From Vermamoeba vermiformis (lineage: Eukaryota): DNA of 64,000 bases. The stretch lies in assembly GCA_045837725.1 (NCBI GenBank), contig JBEWZL010000178.1, positions 1-64,000 of the forward strand, in the 5' to 3' direction. Shown piece by piece: positions 25,996 through 40,200 of this stretch. The position numbers and the translations under genes are program-made. Positions within the stretch are counted from its first letter, which is position 1. Every line of letters starts with the position of its first letter. Below the pieces are notes generated by a model that did no database searches, was not told where the DNA came from, and saw nothing but the letters and a program-made list of their open reading frames with translations.

Positions 25996-27183
25996 TTAAC
26001 AGAAGTTGAACGGCGCAGACAAGAACCAATGAGTCTTCATTCGGAATGCGCCAATCGTGGACAAAGTAATTGGTTTGAACTTGAATTGACCCATGGGCAC
26101 GTTATCAATGTACTCTTCGTATACATTAAGGATGCCTGAGATTGGAGCAAACATGGCTTGTTCAAACTGAGAATTGTACGTGAAGCACTCGAATAGTCCT
26201 GAATCGTTACTACTTTCAGTGCCTGCATATAATTCAAACGGTTGAATATATTCGGTGCTCATCAGCTGCTTGAATACTAAAAAGAAGATGTAAGTTACGG
26301 ATTCGACTTGAAAAGTGGATCTGACGCTTACGTTGCAAGTTAGAATAAGAATTGTATGGCTTGTATTCACTATCAAGCATCTGATAGGTAAAATTCATTA
26401 TCGTCCTGGAACCAAAGAAGTGTTTAACTTCAAACAAGTTGTTCTGCCATGAAACTCTTTCGTAGACCTTCGGAATGCTCCTAAAGGAAGAATTATAAAT
26501 ATGGAACCGATTAAATAGATATATGAGCCGATTGTTACCAGCCAATGTTTCCACCAAACACCGCTAAAGCGTCATCCAGGTACAGAACTAGCGAAGTTCC
26601 GTAAACAGTTCCAGATTTGTCGCCAGTGCGTATTATCCATGGCACTACTAATATGAATTCACAGTACTGCGGAATATCGACGATTGCAGGGCTTGTATGC
26701 ACGTTCGTTTGGTTACTCAAGAGTAGAAGTAACGGATGCGTTCCTAAATAATTCAAGATACAATTAATAATGCATGGTAGGGCGAGCCACCGAGAAGCGA
26801 TTGAAAATAAGTGAAAGAAACGTATAAAGCGGATGTCGAACCGATTTTCAACCTGTCATTTGTCAAGTAGGCCACAATTTAATTAAATTGAAACACAACG
26901 GGTCTAATCGAATTATAATTTGATCGATGTTCATTATAAGTATAAAAATCGAGAATATTCACAAAAAATTATTGATCAATCTATTTGGATTACCTTCGGA
27001 TGTGAAATTCTGAGGCTTTAATTCCAATCCAGGGGCCAACAGGGACTTTGCTTGAGTATGGGGAGCTTCTATTAATAGAACAAACGAGTCCCAATCACCT
27101 TGCAAGAACTTTGGGATTGGATCCGCAGTGGATGTCAAAACAAATACGACTAAAATTAAATATAAAGCTGTTTTGGCGTTCAT
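25996..27183 (-). CDS. Secreted protein with acetoacetate-decarboxylase-like fold
   Basis: Signal peptide; AKSLLAPGLEL; YCEFILVVP; LYLDDALAVFGGNIGW-SIPK resembles the ADC-superfamily G-x-x-x-W-x-x-P-K motif. Confidence 0.6.
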
Positions 27184-27357
27184 TGCCGCAAAGGTGTGGT
27201 ATTAACAGCAAAGATGTTAACAAATGTTGCTATTTTGTTTATTTACACGTGTTTGAAAATTTACAAGTCCAAAAATGGCAAGTCAGTCCGAGCTCGATCT
27301 GAGTCTTGTCAAAATACTATGCCTTATGAACTACTATAGTACTATAAGTACTTACGC

Positions 27358-30300
27358 CTATGAGTCGTAATACAAGTCTCGTTGTACGCGCAAGAACTCG
27401 ACCTCTTCGTTGCGCTCTTCAAATGGCTGTGCAATCATTTTGGTCGTGCCGCTCATCAGTGACTGCGACGGCAAATTGGCGAGCTCGAGCGGCACTGCGG
27501 CAATTTGATTGTGGAACAGCGTCATGAACTCGACGTTGCGGAGGTTTCCGAGGTCTGATGGCACCGAGACGAGTTGATTGTGCGAGAGATCCAAGCCCTT
27601 CAAGTTGGTGATCTGACCAATCTCCGGCGGGAGATATTCCAATTTATTCTCCGCTAGTCGCAGCTCACGCAGCAGTGTCAATTGGCCAATCTCGCGCGGG
27701 AGATCGGTAATTCCGGACTTAACCAAACTTAGTAATTCTAGCGACTTGAGCGCAGTGATCGACGTTGGAATTCTCGAAATGAAATTTCCTCCGAGCGCTA
27801 GAATACTTAATTTGGTCAAGCACGTGATTACTGATGGAAAATAGGCCAATCTGTTGCTTTGCAGGACCAACCTTCCTAATGCGGTTAATTGCGCTAATTC
27901 TGGCGGAAGAAATGTCAGCTCGTTGTTTTGCGCGTAAAGGCTGGTGAGATGCGTCAAATTTCCGACTTGAGTTGGCAGCTGATATATGTGATTGTAGCCT
28001 ATATATAATTCGACTAAATTCGTCAAATAGCCAATCTCCGGTGGAATTCGCATGAGCATGTTGTGTTGGATGTAGAATTTGACCAAATTAGTTAATTTGC
28101 TGAAACTCGCGGGAATTTCATCAATCTCGTTCAAATTGAGCAACAAATAATTCAAATTCGTCAATTCTCCGATCGAGCTCGGCAGTGCACTTATCGAGTT
28201 GCCGTAGAATTCCAGCAATTTCAAATTAGTTAATTTTCCGATGTCTTCTGGTATGCTCGACAGGTAGTTGCTGTTGCACGTGAATTTGGTCAATTTGTTC
28301 AGTGAACAGATCGGCTCAATCGAGCTCAACTTGTTGTTGCTGAGCGTCATTTCGTAGATCTGTGTGCAGTAGCCTGCGCCGTCGGGTAACGATGAAATTT
28401 CATTTTTGTGCAGGAACAGCATTTGCAAGTTGGTTAGCCGAGAAATATCCTAAATTGGTAATAAAATTAGTAAGTAAACCGTTACTCAGTCTCAAAAATA
28501 GAACCTTGCTGATAAGCAATTAAAATGTGTAGCAATATTAATATCAATTCGATTTATCATTATGTGAAATCGGTTGGTTACAATTGTTCGTGTTTAGTCA
28601 AATGTAGAAAAAGTATTTTTAGGGAGATCCGCGACAAAAATTTCAGTGATAGTTTCCAAGGGTATTTGTCAGCATATAGTATAAATATTTTATGTAATTA
28701 AAAATGGCTGGGGTTCGATACGATAATAAATAAAATTAATAAAAATTAAATGATCTACTTACATTAGGCAGTGCCACAGCCTTGTTGTCCTGATAACAAA
28801 ATCGCGTTAAATTGACCAAGTGACCAATCTCCGCGAGTGATTGCAGCGACGAGAGGTGATTGTGCTGAACGTTCAGTGAAACGAGTTCTGTTAATCGGAA
28901 CAGCTCCGATGGCAGTGCTGTCAATTGGTTCCTGCCTAATTCGAGTAATTGCAGTTGTGTTAATTGTCCGATCTCCGAGGGTAATTCCACCAATGAATTC
29001 TCGCGCAAAAATAAAACTTTCATTTGCGTGAAATTTCCAAGCCAAGGCGGGATCGTCACCAAAACATTGCCCTGCAAATTTAATTTTTGCAAAGTTGTCA
29101 ATGACGACAGCGGGTGAGGCAGTTGCTGTATTTGGTTATAACTGAAATCGAGATCTTGAAGTTTTTCCAATTTTCCGATCTGATCCGGGATGACGGTCAA
29201 ACTGTTCGATTTGAACGACAACGTGATGATATTCTGCAAACCAGTGATATTTGCAGATAAGGTGTGGAAGATGGCGTTGTTGTTCACGAGCAATGTTTGC
29301 AGTTGTGACAAGCTGTAGAGACCTTCGGGCAAGTGATGAAAGCGGTTGTGTGACAGCACGAGCTCGCGCAGATTGACTAATTGGGAAATAGATTCGGGGA
29401 TCTAAATATAGAACTGTTATGAGTATGCTGCGATGACTTGAACTTAAAGTTTCGTTCGAACTAAAAATATTTTTCACAATTTTAACGAATTTATTAAAGT
29501 TTTTCGGTTGCCTAATTAATTATATCGAGGAAATTGGCATTTAATTGGTTAATTAGGCGAATATTAGTGCAAGGAGAGTTAGTATTGCAAAAATTTCACG
29601 ATCGGAAGTAATCTCCGAAAAGTTATTGAAGTCCTAATGGTACTAATTGAAATTATAGTACGATATAGTTATAATGTAGACTATATGTAGTGGTAAATAC
29701 GATACTTACGGAGTGAATATCGTTTCTGGCCAACAACAGCGACTGCAAATTTGTTAACGTGAAAACTGCTTTGGGCAGACTGGCAATTCTGTTCTGACGC
29801 ACGGATAAAAACGTCAATCGGAGTAATTGACTAATTTCATCGGGAATTTCCGTCACGTGATTGCCCCGTAGTGTTAGCCTTTCCAAATTTGTCAATTTCA
29901 AAAGTGGTTGCGGGATCTTGTAGAACTCATTGAAGTGCAATAAACACGTCTGCAAAGATTGCAACGCGGTGAATTCTTCGGGCAATTTGCGAATTCGATT
30001 CTTCCATAAATTGAGCAATCTAAGATGGGTCAGTCGACTGATCTGCGGGGAAATTTCCGTGATTGGTGGCGTGAAGTGTTCGAGCTCTAATAGAGGATGT
30101 TGTAGTGTACTATTCAGCTCTATTATGCCTTCAACGTCGCCTACTTTTTTCAATTTCTAAGAAAATTAAAGAATAAATTAGTTATGAAAACATATAAAAT
30201 TTCAGTACGAATCTTGCTAATGGACCTCGTAATTATTTAGAAATTATGACGCTATATTACATTAAATATTGTATAAATGTGGCTCATGATATGATTTGAT

Positions 30301-30609
30301 GACTTTCAATCGAAAAAAAGGACAAAAAATCTGAAAAAATCGTAATCAATTCTCTATTAAAATTTGAAGCATAAAATGATGTAATATTGAGTTATGAGCT
30401 TATGAAGGCGCATTTAAAAATAAAATAAATAATTTTGAAGCAAGATCTGGTCCCTTGAACTTTCGTACCTCTTCATTTGTTTTGTAATCTTGATATTCTT
30501 CAGTGTCCATCACGCCATTTTCAGTGCGCGCTCGTTTACTAGGAGGTTCTTCGTCTCCATTAACATATTCTTCGTCTGAGTGCGGCTCATTACGCCGTCT
30601 TTTACTCAT
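27358..30609 (-). CDS. Leucine-rich repeat protein (about 25-30 LRRs) with N-terminal NLS-like segment
   Basis: LxxLxLxxNxLxxLPxEIG repeats over three large exons; first exon MSKRRR..PPSKRAR. Confidence 0.9.
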
Positions 30610-31454
30610 CTACGATCCAAAATTAGTTAATTGCAATTTATCGAGCGTGTCAAGCTTAAAATTGCTCCAAAAATTAATTCAGACATGTGTATAGCTCGGG
30701 TAGGGTATTTTAGACTTGTATATCAGGTCAGGACCGCCAAAAGTATCGGTCGATATTAAAAAATTCTTTTGATGGTATTTTGCAGCATTGTAAAGACGTC
30801 AATATTATCTAAAATAGCCTTTTTCTCGGTTGAGAGAATTTTTTGAATTGTTTGCTGCGTTGGATCTGAATTTTGAATTTTGTAGATGGCATCACTTTAC
30901 CTTCGTTTCTAAGCTCTAAAACTGTTACCTAGAGGTCATATTAAATAAATATTAATAATAAATAATATACACAGTGCTGTTGTTACTATTTAACAGTGCT
31001 AAAAGACAAAAACTTCAAAAACGAGCTTCTAACAAAACGCACGTGCACAAGACAATAGAGCTACTTCCGTATTACTAATGAGTATTAATAAGACTACGGT
31101 AGCATAGTACGCGAATTACTCTTAATTATTACTCGCATCTGCGGATTTCGTTCGATCGAGCTCAAAATCGGTTACTTACCTAGAAATGCCGTTTTGATGC
31201 TTTAAATATAATTTATGTTTATACTTATGGCAAATTATGCATTATTAATCGGATTGCACGAGCCCCAAGCGAGATCAAGAGTCCAAAACCGGATGCACCA
31301 AAATTCAACCCCTGTTCACTCGAAATTACTATTTTTCTGGACAATATATCATATTTATATATGCTTCTTCTCAGTCTAGCGGAATAGTTCTGTGTAATCT
31401 GGCGCGAGATTTATTGAGCTGCGGGAAAAAATTAAATTTCACTTCAAGGATCAA

Positions 31455-34400
31455 ATGAGCACCAATAAGCGCCCGCCATCCTCGATATATGAGGCTATGG
31501 CCGATGCATCTGCATCGAGCATAATCGATTCATTGCGAAGTCCGCGATTGGACCTAACGGATTCGGAATCTGAAGACGGATTGAATTACGACGAAATTTT
31601 GAATCGTTATGCCAGCGTTGCGGATCAATTTTCAATTATTAGATGCCAAGCATTATTAAGAAAATATGCAGAGATGATGCGGGTCAAAAAAATGCGTAAG
31701 TTGCTGCTCCATCTAATTTAAAATTCAATTAATTATAATTTTTTAATCAGTTGCTTGTATTCCAAAACGAAATGGTACTGCTCGAGAAGTATTAGATACA
31801 GAAGTGAAATATATTGAAAATCTAGAACAAGTTGTCGAGGTAAAAATACTTTTAGTAATTGTTGAATTGGATCTTACTCCACTTCACTCCAGCCTGTAAT
31901 TTGATAATAGGATAGTGTGTAACTAAATATTTTAATTATTTTCAGGTGTATATTAAACCATTACGAGCGGATGCGAACAACAAAGGGCAACTCATCAACA
32001 AAGACGATCTCAAAACGTTATTTTCAGAATTGGAAGTTATTCTTGCGTACGCTAAGAGCTTGAAGAGTCGTATTAAAGAGCGAGTAGACAAATGGTTCCC
32101 CACACAAATTATTGGCGATATTTTCGTTCAAATGGTAAGTTAGAAAATAATTGAATTTAAAAATTAGAATAATTATTGCTGCTATTCAAATTAATAGGCA
32201 ATATGATATATAGAGTAACCGTAGTATCGGCGTAATATTGATGCCAAAATTGTACCACAATTTATTCGATCTGCTTTTTGACGGTTACTTTTAACCGGAT
32301 CCAAAGCGCATTATTTTGTTTGAAAAACCGATGATTAGACTTCATACTACGACGGTATATGACGTCTTAAACTTATGATTATGTTCAGTATAATGATGGT
32401 TTTTTTAATTCGCATTTATTTTTTTATTTTTTAATGCCACGCTGGATCTGCTCCAAATAATTAATTTATTAATTTAACTATAGATTGATTTCTTTAAAAT
32501 CTACACGCAATATTGCACGAATTATCCCAAGGCTATGGAGACTCTCGAACGATGCAAAAAGAACTCGAGTTTTGTCAGTTTTTTGCAAGAACGCGAGCAA
32601 GCCAGCGGAGTTATTATTCCGATCGAAAATTTCCTTATTATGCCCGTACAACGTAAGTTTTCATCGCCCGATCGTTTCCATATTTAGTAATGTAACTTTG
32701 CAAAAATTTACTTGGTCACTTTAACTTTCTTCGGAGTCATCCGGTTTGACTCGCAAATGCTAATTGTATTTGCTACTATTATAGGCATCCCTCGATATGC
32801 ATTGTTAGTCGAAGAACTGATGCGCAACACTTGGGAAACACATCCAGATTATGACAACCTAAAAAAGGCATTGGTGCGCATTCAAGAAGTCGCTGAATTC
32901 GTCAACGAACAGAAGCGTTACAAAGAAAACTTTGCACGAATTTTAGAAATTTACAACAGCCTTGTTGGTATCAAGGTAAGGTTCACATCTGATCGAGAGG
33001 GATCTACTGTCCATTATTGCTATATTATTATCGTATAGTTCCATAATTGGACAGTATATATTAAATATAGATATTGTTGTCAATGCCAGCGTGAGCTAAT
33101 CAGATGTTTTTTTTTTTTTACAGACCGAGGCTAAACAAGACATGCTTATTTTACAAAAAAATATTTGGTTTTTGCGTGAAGGCAACGTGTTAGAACTGAT
33201 GATGAAGGGCAGCTTGACTAAGTTCTATATCTTTTTGTTCAACGGTATGTACTCGAACACTATACTTTGCAACCATTTTTCTCGGTTCTTACGAATTTCC
33301 TTTTTTAGGCATGTTGCTTTGGACGAAGCCGTCGAAGGGCACATACGAATTTAAAAAGATAACGCCGATAGATCCGCAAACCAAAGTTGAAATTCGTACG
33401 ACAGATGAGGGGTACAAAATGATTCATTTGACCACTTCACAAGGCCTCTACGTGTTCAAGACGGACAGTGCTGAGGACGCGGAGTCGTGGCTGAACAAAA
33501 TCAACGAGTCCAAGAACTTTGTCACGCCTGGTAAGTCCTCACAATTTTTTCTTGCAAGAAATCTTCGGATCTTTTTTTTGACGGAAAGCACCTCTCGTAG
33601 AAAATTCAACATGAGAGAGAGTTAGTTTTTTTGCGCGTGGTGCACTACTGTGTTTTTGATAGAGCTGACGTGACTTTTCTTTTTCTAGTCATGGAACGCA
33701 AAGAGGAAAAATCTGGTTCAAATCCAAGCTCGTTGTCGCCGAGCCCTAGTGTTAGTCGTAAAGAAGAGATGATCGTCTCGCCGTCATTCACGCACCACCG
33801 TGCCAGTTCAATCGGATCCGCTGCGTCCCTTGTCGGATCCAGGTCTTCGCCGGGTATTAGCAGAAGCAGCACACCTAAAAAGAAGTAAGCTTTGCAATTA
33901 TTTCTACGAATTCTAGCAAAGACTGACGACCTTTTTTTGCAGCCGAAGCCGTGCTGGCACGAACAGTCTCGTGCTGACCGGTGGCACGAACCGTTTATTG
34001 GAGCTCAAAGAGCAAGAAGAAGCCGACACGAGTGTCAATCAAAAGATCGAAGAGGAGGCGAAGTTTATTAAGGGTGAGAACTACTATTGATATCTATTAC
34101 CAAATAAGGCTAATTCTTTATTCTAGAATGGGAGGCACTCGATGATACCCCCGAGCTCGACAAGTTCTCCGTTGCTCCACACGAGATTAGGGAATCTTTT
34201 GAAGACCCGGCGAACGACAACTTTAATCAGTACTCGGCAGTTATTCGTGCAGCACAAGCTGTAAATGTCACGTGGGAGGGACCCGAGATCGTTTTGATCG
34301 GCAAAAAGGGCGAAGGCCGAACATCGGTCCTTGAAGCCTTGTTGGGCCAGCACATCACTGGATCATGTAAGCTCGGCACTGAGATGACTTTGCAACAATT

Positions 34401-37033
34401 TATTCACATTTTCCTTATTTAGGTCGTCCGCTGTTCATTCATCTAATCAATAACCCGAAGCGTTCTACGGCCCGCATTGTTTTGAAAAAAGATACGTCGC
34501 TCAAAAGCGCCCATTTCTTTAACGACGTTGAAGTGCGGCCAGAAGAATTGGACGTGGAAATTATGAGCAGATCCAAAGTGTTTTCGTTGGTCCCTATTCA
34601 CATACACTACGAACACAAATCATTGTGGAACATGACTATTATTGACCCGCCTGGCGTTGCCTCGTTCAACATTTTCGACGAATGGTATCAGTTTAACTTG
34701 ATGTCGAAGGCTGTAAGTTCCATATATGGTAATTGTCGCGAAATTTTATTAACGAAGTATTTCAGAGCATCAAAAACTCGCAGGATGACATATCTCAAAT
34801 CAAAGATTACATTATTGATTTGGCGAAAAAAGAATCAAGACTGTTAATGTTCGTTGAAGAATGCAAAGAGCCTTCAGTTATGAGCATCAATCGTATTGCT
34901 AAGCAGCTGGATCCGCAAATGACCAGATCCATCTTCGTCCACACGAAATTTCATTACAAATTGCGCGACATGCTCGACTTTAACGAAGTCAATTCGTACT
35001 TTAATTTGACAAATATCAACGCGGCTAAAACTTTCTGGGTCAGTTTGGTGAAACGAAGACCGAAGGCGAACACGACTTACGAATTTCGAAGAAAAATGAT
35101 TCAAACTCAAAAACGAGATTTGCTGCTCTTAGAAGAACTTCAATACGACCGAAAAATGCAATCACATGTCGGTGCCGTCAATCTTAGGTAATATTAATAG
35201 TGACTTCAAATGTTTGGTTTCGTGATAACTTACGACTTGCCATTTATAGAAATTTTATTATCCGCGACATCGAAAAACGATTCAAAGAAGCGATTCCCGC
35301 CAATTTGAGTCAGATCCAACAAATGATCCTCAAGACTTACGCAAAGTACGAAGCTATTGACCATGCCTTGCAACATATCAATGTGAATACTGCTCGTATT
35401 CGTGCCAACGAATTTGTAAGAAAAATTCATAATTTAATCAATTTTGGTACTAATTTCCATTTTAGGTAAATACTTTTGTATCTAATTTCCACAAACTGAT
35501 GACCGGCACACTTGAAATGGAACTCAAATTAGGCATGAGCATTCGCCGAGAATACGAAGAGTTTGGTGGCTGGATCAACGGCGACAATCAGCCGATTATT
35601 ATTGATGCTAAAACGGTGAGTCCTCTTTCCTTTTGGTTATTCATTTTGCCGTCAACTACAAGAGATCCAAAATGATCTACAAATTTCTTCGACTTTCAAT
35701 CGTTCATGAATCTCTTTCATAAGTTAATCATTCAACCAAGCAGCTGACAGCGGAACTTTTTTTGTGCAACAAACGAACACGTTAAATTTGGCTAATTATG
35801 TCAATTTAATATTATAATTATTTTTTTTTGTTTTGCGTCAATAATTCAAAAAAGTATTATTGTGAAAGTTTCAACAAGTGTCACTCCCAGTTAATTTATT
35901 TCTACTTGAATGAAACAATTTTAATTGTTCTACTATATTTAGATTAAGAGGTACAAAGAGAGACTGTACGGCAATCCTCAGCTGATCAGAATGGTCGCCG
36001 TGTTCGAACAAATCGTGAAAACTTTGCAATTCGACTTGGCGGAAGTTGAGAAAAATTTGGCGACAGCAACGAAGACTAGTCTCAATCAAATAGTACGTAG
36101 TTATTATGGCCGTCGGGCTTAGTAGTATATAGTGCCTTATATTGATATCTATATTAGGCTAATGAAGTTGTCATCGCCAAATCATCGCGTCATTACGCAC
36201 CTCTCGCGACACAATTGTGCAACAAGTTGACGGCCTGCATTAAAAATATGATCAATGCGGCCTATGTGACAGCACGTGGTACTATTACCAGATCAGGAAA
36301 TATCCTTCAGGATACGCTGCTGTTAAGTCACGTGAAGAATTTGTTCGAGGACGCGATCGATCAATTGGCCGAAACAGCGGTGACCAAGTGCTTGAACGAG
36401 CTGAAATTGGCGCAAGTAATATCAACTCACAGGTAAGAATACCATATTAATACTATACCCGACACTGTGTATACGATCTAATATTGCAACAGCTTCAGTA
36501 TTGAGGGCATGAAGCACAGCAAGTCGACGGATGTGGCAGATCTGATCGAAGAAGTTTTGTCCAGGATTGCAAAACAATTCGTTGGATCGGTATCGCTTCA
36601 AGTATACGATTCATTTGTTTATTCAGGGTACGTAACATGTTCTTCCGCTATTTACTGGATTCGTCCATTAACGAATCTGAATCTGCTAGGCTGAAAGAAG
36701 TGACAACGCAATTGACTGTTAAAGTTGCTTCGTTCACTGAAGAGCAATTAACTCAATATGGCGAGCTGCAAAATATCAAGTTACAGAAAGAAAACGTAAG
36801 TTTCAAAAAAAAAGATCAGATTTGATGCGAAAACAAATAAACTAACACGGAATCCTTAGGAGCAAAAGGCTATATTCGCCGAAATTAAGAGGCTGCAAGA
36901 GTCGCACGATGCATTATACACCGCAAGTCAAAAGTTCATCGAGCAGAACGGTGATTTTATTCATTCGTTCTTGCCTGAGGCTGTTCAGTCGTTGTTGAAG
37001 CACGGAAAATCATCACCGCATATCAAAGTGTAA
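31455..37033 (+). CDS. IQ-like + RhoGEF (DH) + PH fused to a dynamin-like (Dlp/DRP5-type) domain with degenerate G motifs
   Basis: EVLDTEVKYIENL; LIMPVQRIPRYALLVEEL; HPDY; PH exons; in-frame introns 33531-33688, 33885-33942 and 34074-34126 lead to PEIVLIGKKGEGRTSVLEALLG, CRPL, IIDPPG, DPQMTRSIFVHTKF; stop TAA 37031-37033. Confidence 0.8.
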
Positions 37034-37237
37034 TATTACTATGAAAATATAAATACTATGTGATTTAATCGATTGGCGTTGATTATCAATGCGCCTTAAG
37101 AACAAATCCGCCAAAAAGACTTCGGTAGGTAAAAAACGCGTTTTCAACAGCAACCATTTTGAAGTATCAGGTGTATAAAGTCGACAGCTCATTTTTTACT
37201 CATAGTTTTAATTAGAATAAAGTACACCGTTCATCGT

Positions 37238-40200
37238 TTATTGTACGATGCAATTGTCCTTCTTTTTACCTACGTCACTAAAGTTAGAATTCTGACGTTA
37301 ACTTACACCAACACTCTACGTACCTTTCTTGCCATAAATAGCCTTCCACTCGTCATACAAATGATGATACTCAGGACCAGGCCACTGACCACGCACCACT
37401 TCTTCACGATTGCCCAGTGTCATGTCGTTCTTGAACCACGACTGTTCGTTGATGGTGTCAAAGTTGACTTGCATCCACCAAATACAATACGAGCGCAGCT
37501 GTCGCAATTCGAGCTCTTCTGCAAGTGTCAGGACACTCAGCACGTATCCGTGTGCATCGTGCTTGTCTTCTTCTTGCACCAAACTTTGCAGCCGACATGC
37601 ACAGTGTGAGGCGTATTCTTTGAGGTTCATCTGCAAAACAAATTATCAATCGGGTGTGCTTCACAAACGGCGTGCAATAAGTGAACTGACCTTGATAAGT
37701 TTTGGCAGTACTTCCATTGAATATGAACCAGGTTTGTTTTCGAAGTACACAGAGCCAGTGTACAAGAATCGTTTCACCGCTTCGAACTCCAGGTCAGTCA
37801 AGTCGACTTTGATCGTGTTGTTTTGTTCACTGTCAGCGAGAATAGCACCGAAATGATCACTTCCTGCCACAAGTAGAGCCTTGAAAAAACACTGTTAGAC
37901 AAACCATGGATAGCTCTTATCTTATGATTTGCATTTGACTTACCTTGTGACAGAACTCTCGCTTTTTGCTTGGAAGTTCAACGCACACATCAGCGAACAC
38001 AGGCACTGATGCGGTCTCGTTATTATTGTTGTTATTGTTAGCGTTGTTACTCTCAGCCAATGACAAGAAGAATCTCTTTCGCTCGTCAGATGTGAAGCGA
38101 GGATATCGTTGGAAGAATGTCAGTCCTTCTTTGACTGCCTCGACTGAGAAGTCCTTGGGCATGGGAGGCAGCGCTAAATGTACAGATTAGATAGCTATTC
38201 AGTGAACCGTGGTTGCATTCAGTGAACGTACCAGTGTAGCACGAGACCAGCACAACCAAGAACGCCTCATACGAGAAGTCTTTGACGTCAATCGTCACGT
38301 GCTCTTCACGCTTCCATTCAACAACTCGGTTAGTGAGCTTCAATGTCGTCACGTCTTGTGCAATGGTGTCTGCAACTTTGCCGGTGAACAGGTACAGCTC
38401 TTCGGTGTCAGCATTGAACGACGCTGCGTGGTACAGTCTGCTTGGTGCTTGACCTTCGAATAGGAGCTACAAATAGAACAATATTTAGCCCTTGTTATTG
38501 TTCGCAGTGTCGGCGTGTGAAATAAAATTGATAAAAAATCGATTGCGTACCTTGGTCCACTTGAGAGTGGTGTGACGAGTGTTGAGAACAAACACATCTG
38601 AAAAGTCTCTGTTCTCTTTCGCATTCTGTCCACCGTGAATAATAACGTTCTCACTGTCGATTTGTGCCATTGCAAAGCCTGTGCGTGGTTCTGGAATGTC
38701 ACCTTTGACTTTGACTTCGCTCCAAGTCTTGGTCGTGAGATCAAATGACAGCACTTCATTTAACGGTGCAGTGCCGTTAGTTCCACCGAACACAATCATC
38801 ACTGGCTTCTTCTTGTGTTTCATGAGCACTGCATGATGATTGTATCGTGCTGATGGCCAACCTTGTTCGGTCATTGCAACTTGATTCCACGTGTTCGTAG
38901 TCAAGTCGAGAATGAACAGTTCGTTACTCTTGCCACCTTCATTGTCATATCCTCCGAACACAATCATTTCATTCTCGTGCAACACTGCTGAATGACCGTA
39001 GCGAGGGGCAGGGATTGTGCCTTTTGTGTCAAGTTTGACGAACTCCAATGTCTTTGTGTCGAACACAAATGTGCTGTTCGAGTACTTGTTGCTCTTGCCT
39101 CCAAACACGTAGATCAAATGATCTTTCACCACTGCTGAGTGAAGATTGCCTTGTGGGTAAGTGCCGTTGTTGGTCAGTGCAATCGGATCCAACCACTTTG
39201 ACCCGTCTACGTGAAAGAGGGATTAATTATACGCTTTAAGAGGAGTCATAAATAGCGTACCAAATCGCAACACGTTGTTGCAAGCATTGCCTCCAATGTC
39301 AGCACCACCAATGATGTACGTGACACCGTTGATTGTCGATGCTGTTGCTCCGTATCTGGCTCCGTGGAAAGGCGGTAATGCTAATGATTCCTTCACACTA
39401 CACACCTCGAAAGATTTCTTGTGCTTTTTGGCTTCTTTTGTTTCGCTTAAACTCGTCTTCGTGAGCGTGAACATGGGTGGTAGCTCAGTTGAACCGTTGA
39501 CAAAGATCTTCTGAAACATTGGACTTGATGCACTCAACACCACTTTGTGAGCGAATAACTCTCTGTTAATAACGAGGAGAAGTTAGTGTGATCGGTGAGA
39601 TTGGTTCACGAAAGAAAAGAAGATCGAGTCATGAAAAAAAAACGAATTGGCGTACTTGTCTTGCACTCTGAAAGTGACATCTGAGAACTGTTTGTTGTTG
39701 ACAAGTGTTGCAAATCGAGCGTCAGTGAATGTCAGTGGAGATACGACGGGTGGTTCAGGTTTTGCTGGAAGTGGTGGCGGTGGATTTTTTACCGTCGGAT
39801 CTATCACGACACGAATGGCGGTATCGAACACTTCTTTCAAACCCTTTTGTGTCAGTGCCGAGCTTCATGAATGACAGGTTAATAAAATTGATAAAATGAT
39901 AAGCTGGAAGCGTTACCATTCAACGTATTTGAATGCACCGACTTCTTTAGCCAGTTGCTCTCCTTGTTCGAACGTCACCGGATCTGGTCCGAGTTCTTGA
40001 CCCCAATTATGTTGAAGATTTGCCGCAGGTCCGTCTCTTATGTCAACTCTTGTGCCGACAAGAAGGAACGGCGTGTTTGGGCAATGGTGCGTGATCTGAA
40101 GCCAAATCAGTTGGCTGTTTTACCCGATATCTCTTTCAATATTATTTTCATACCTCAGGGACCCACTATTACAAAAGGTTAGTATTTGAGGAAAGGCTCG

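Noticed and set aside
32364-32385. cttaaacttatga resembling the U12 snRNA 5' end
   Set aside because: The following branch-pairing GTAAGGA sequence is absent, so this is probably a chance match in an intron
36300-36310. ATATCCTT, a possible AT-AC U12 donor
   Set aside because: It lies within an open exon (GNILQ) that needs no intron
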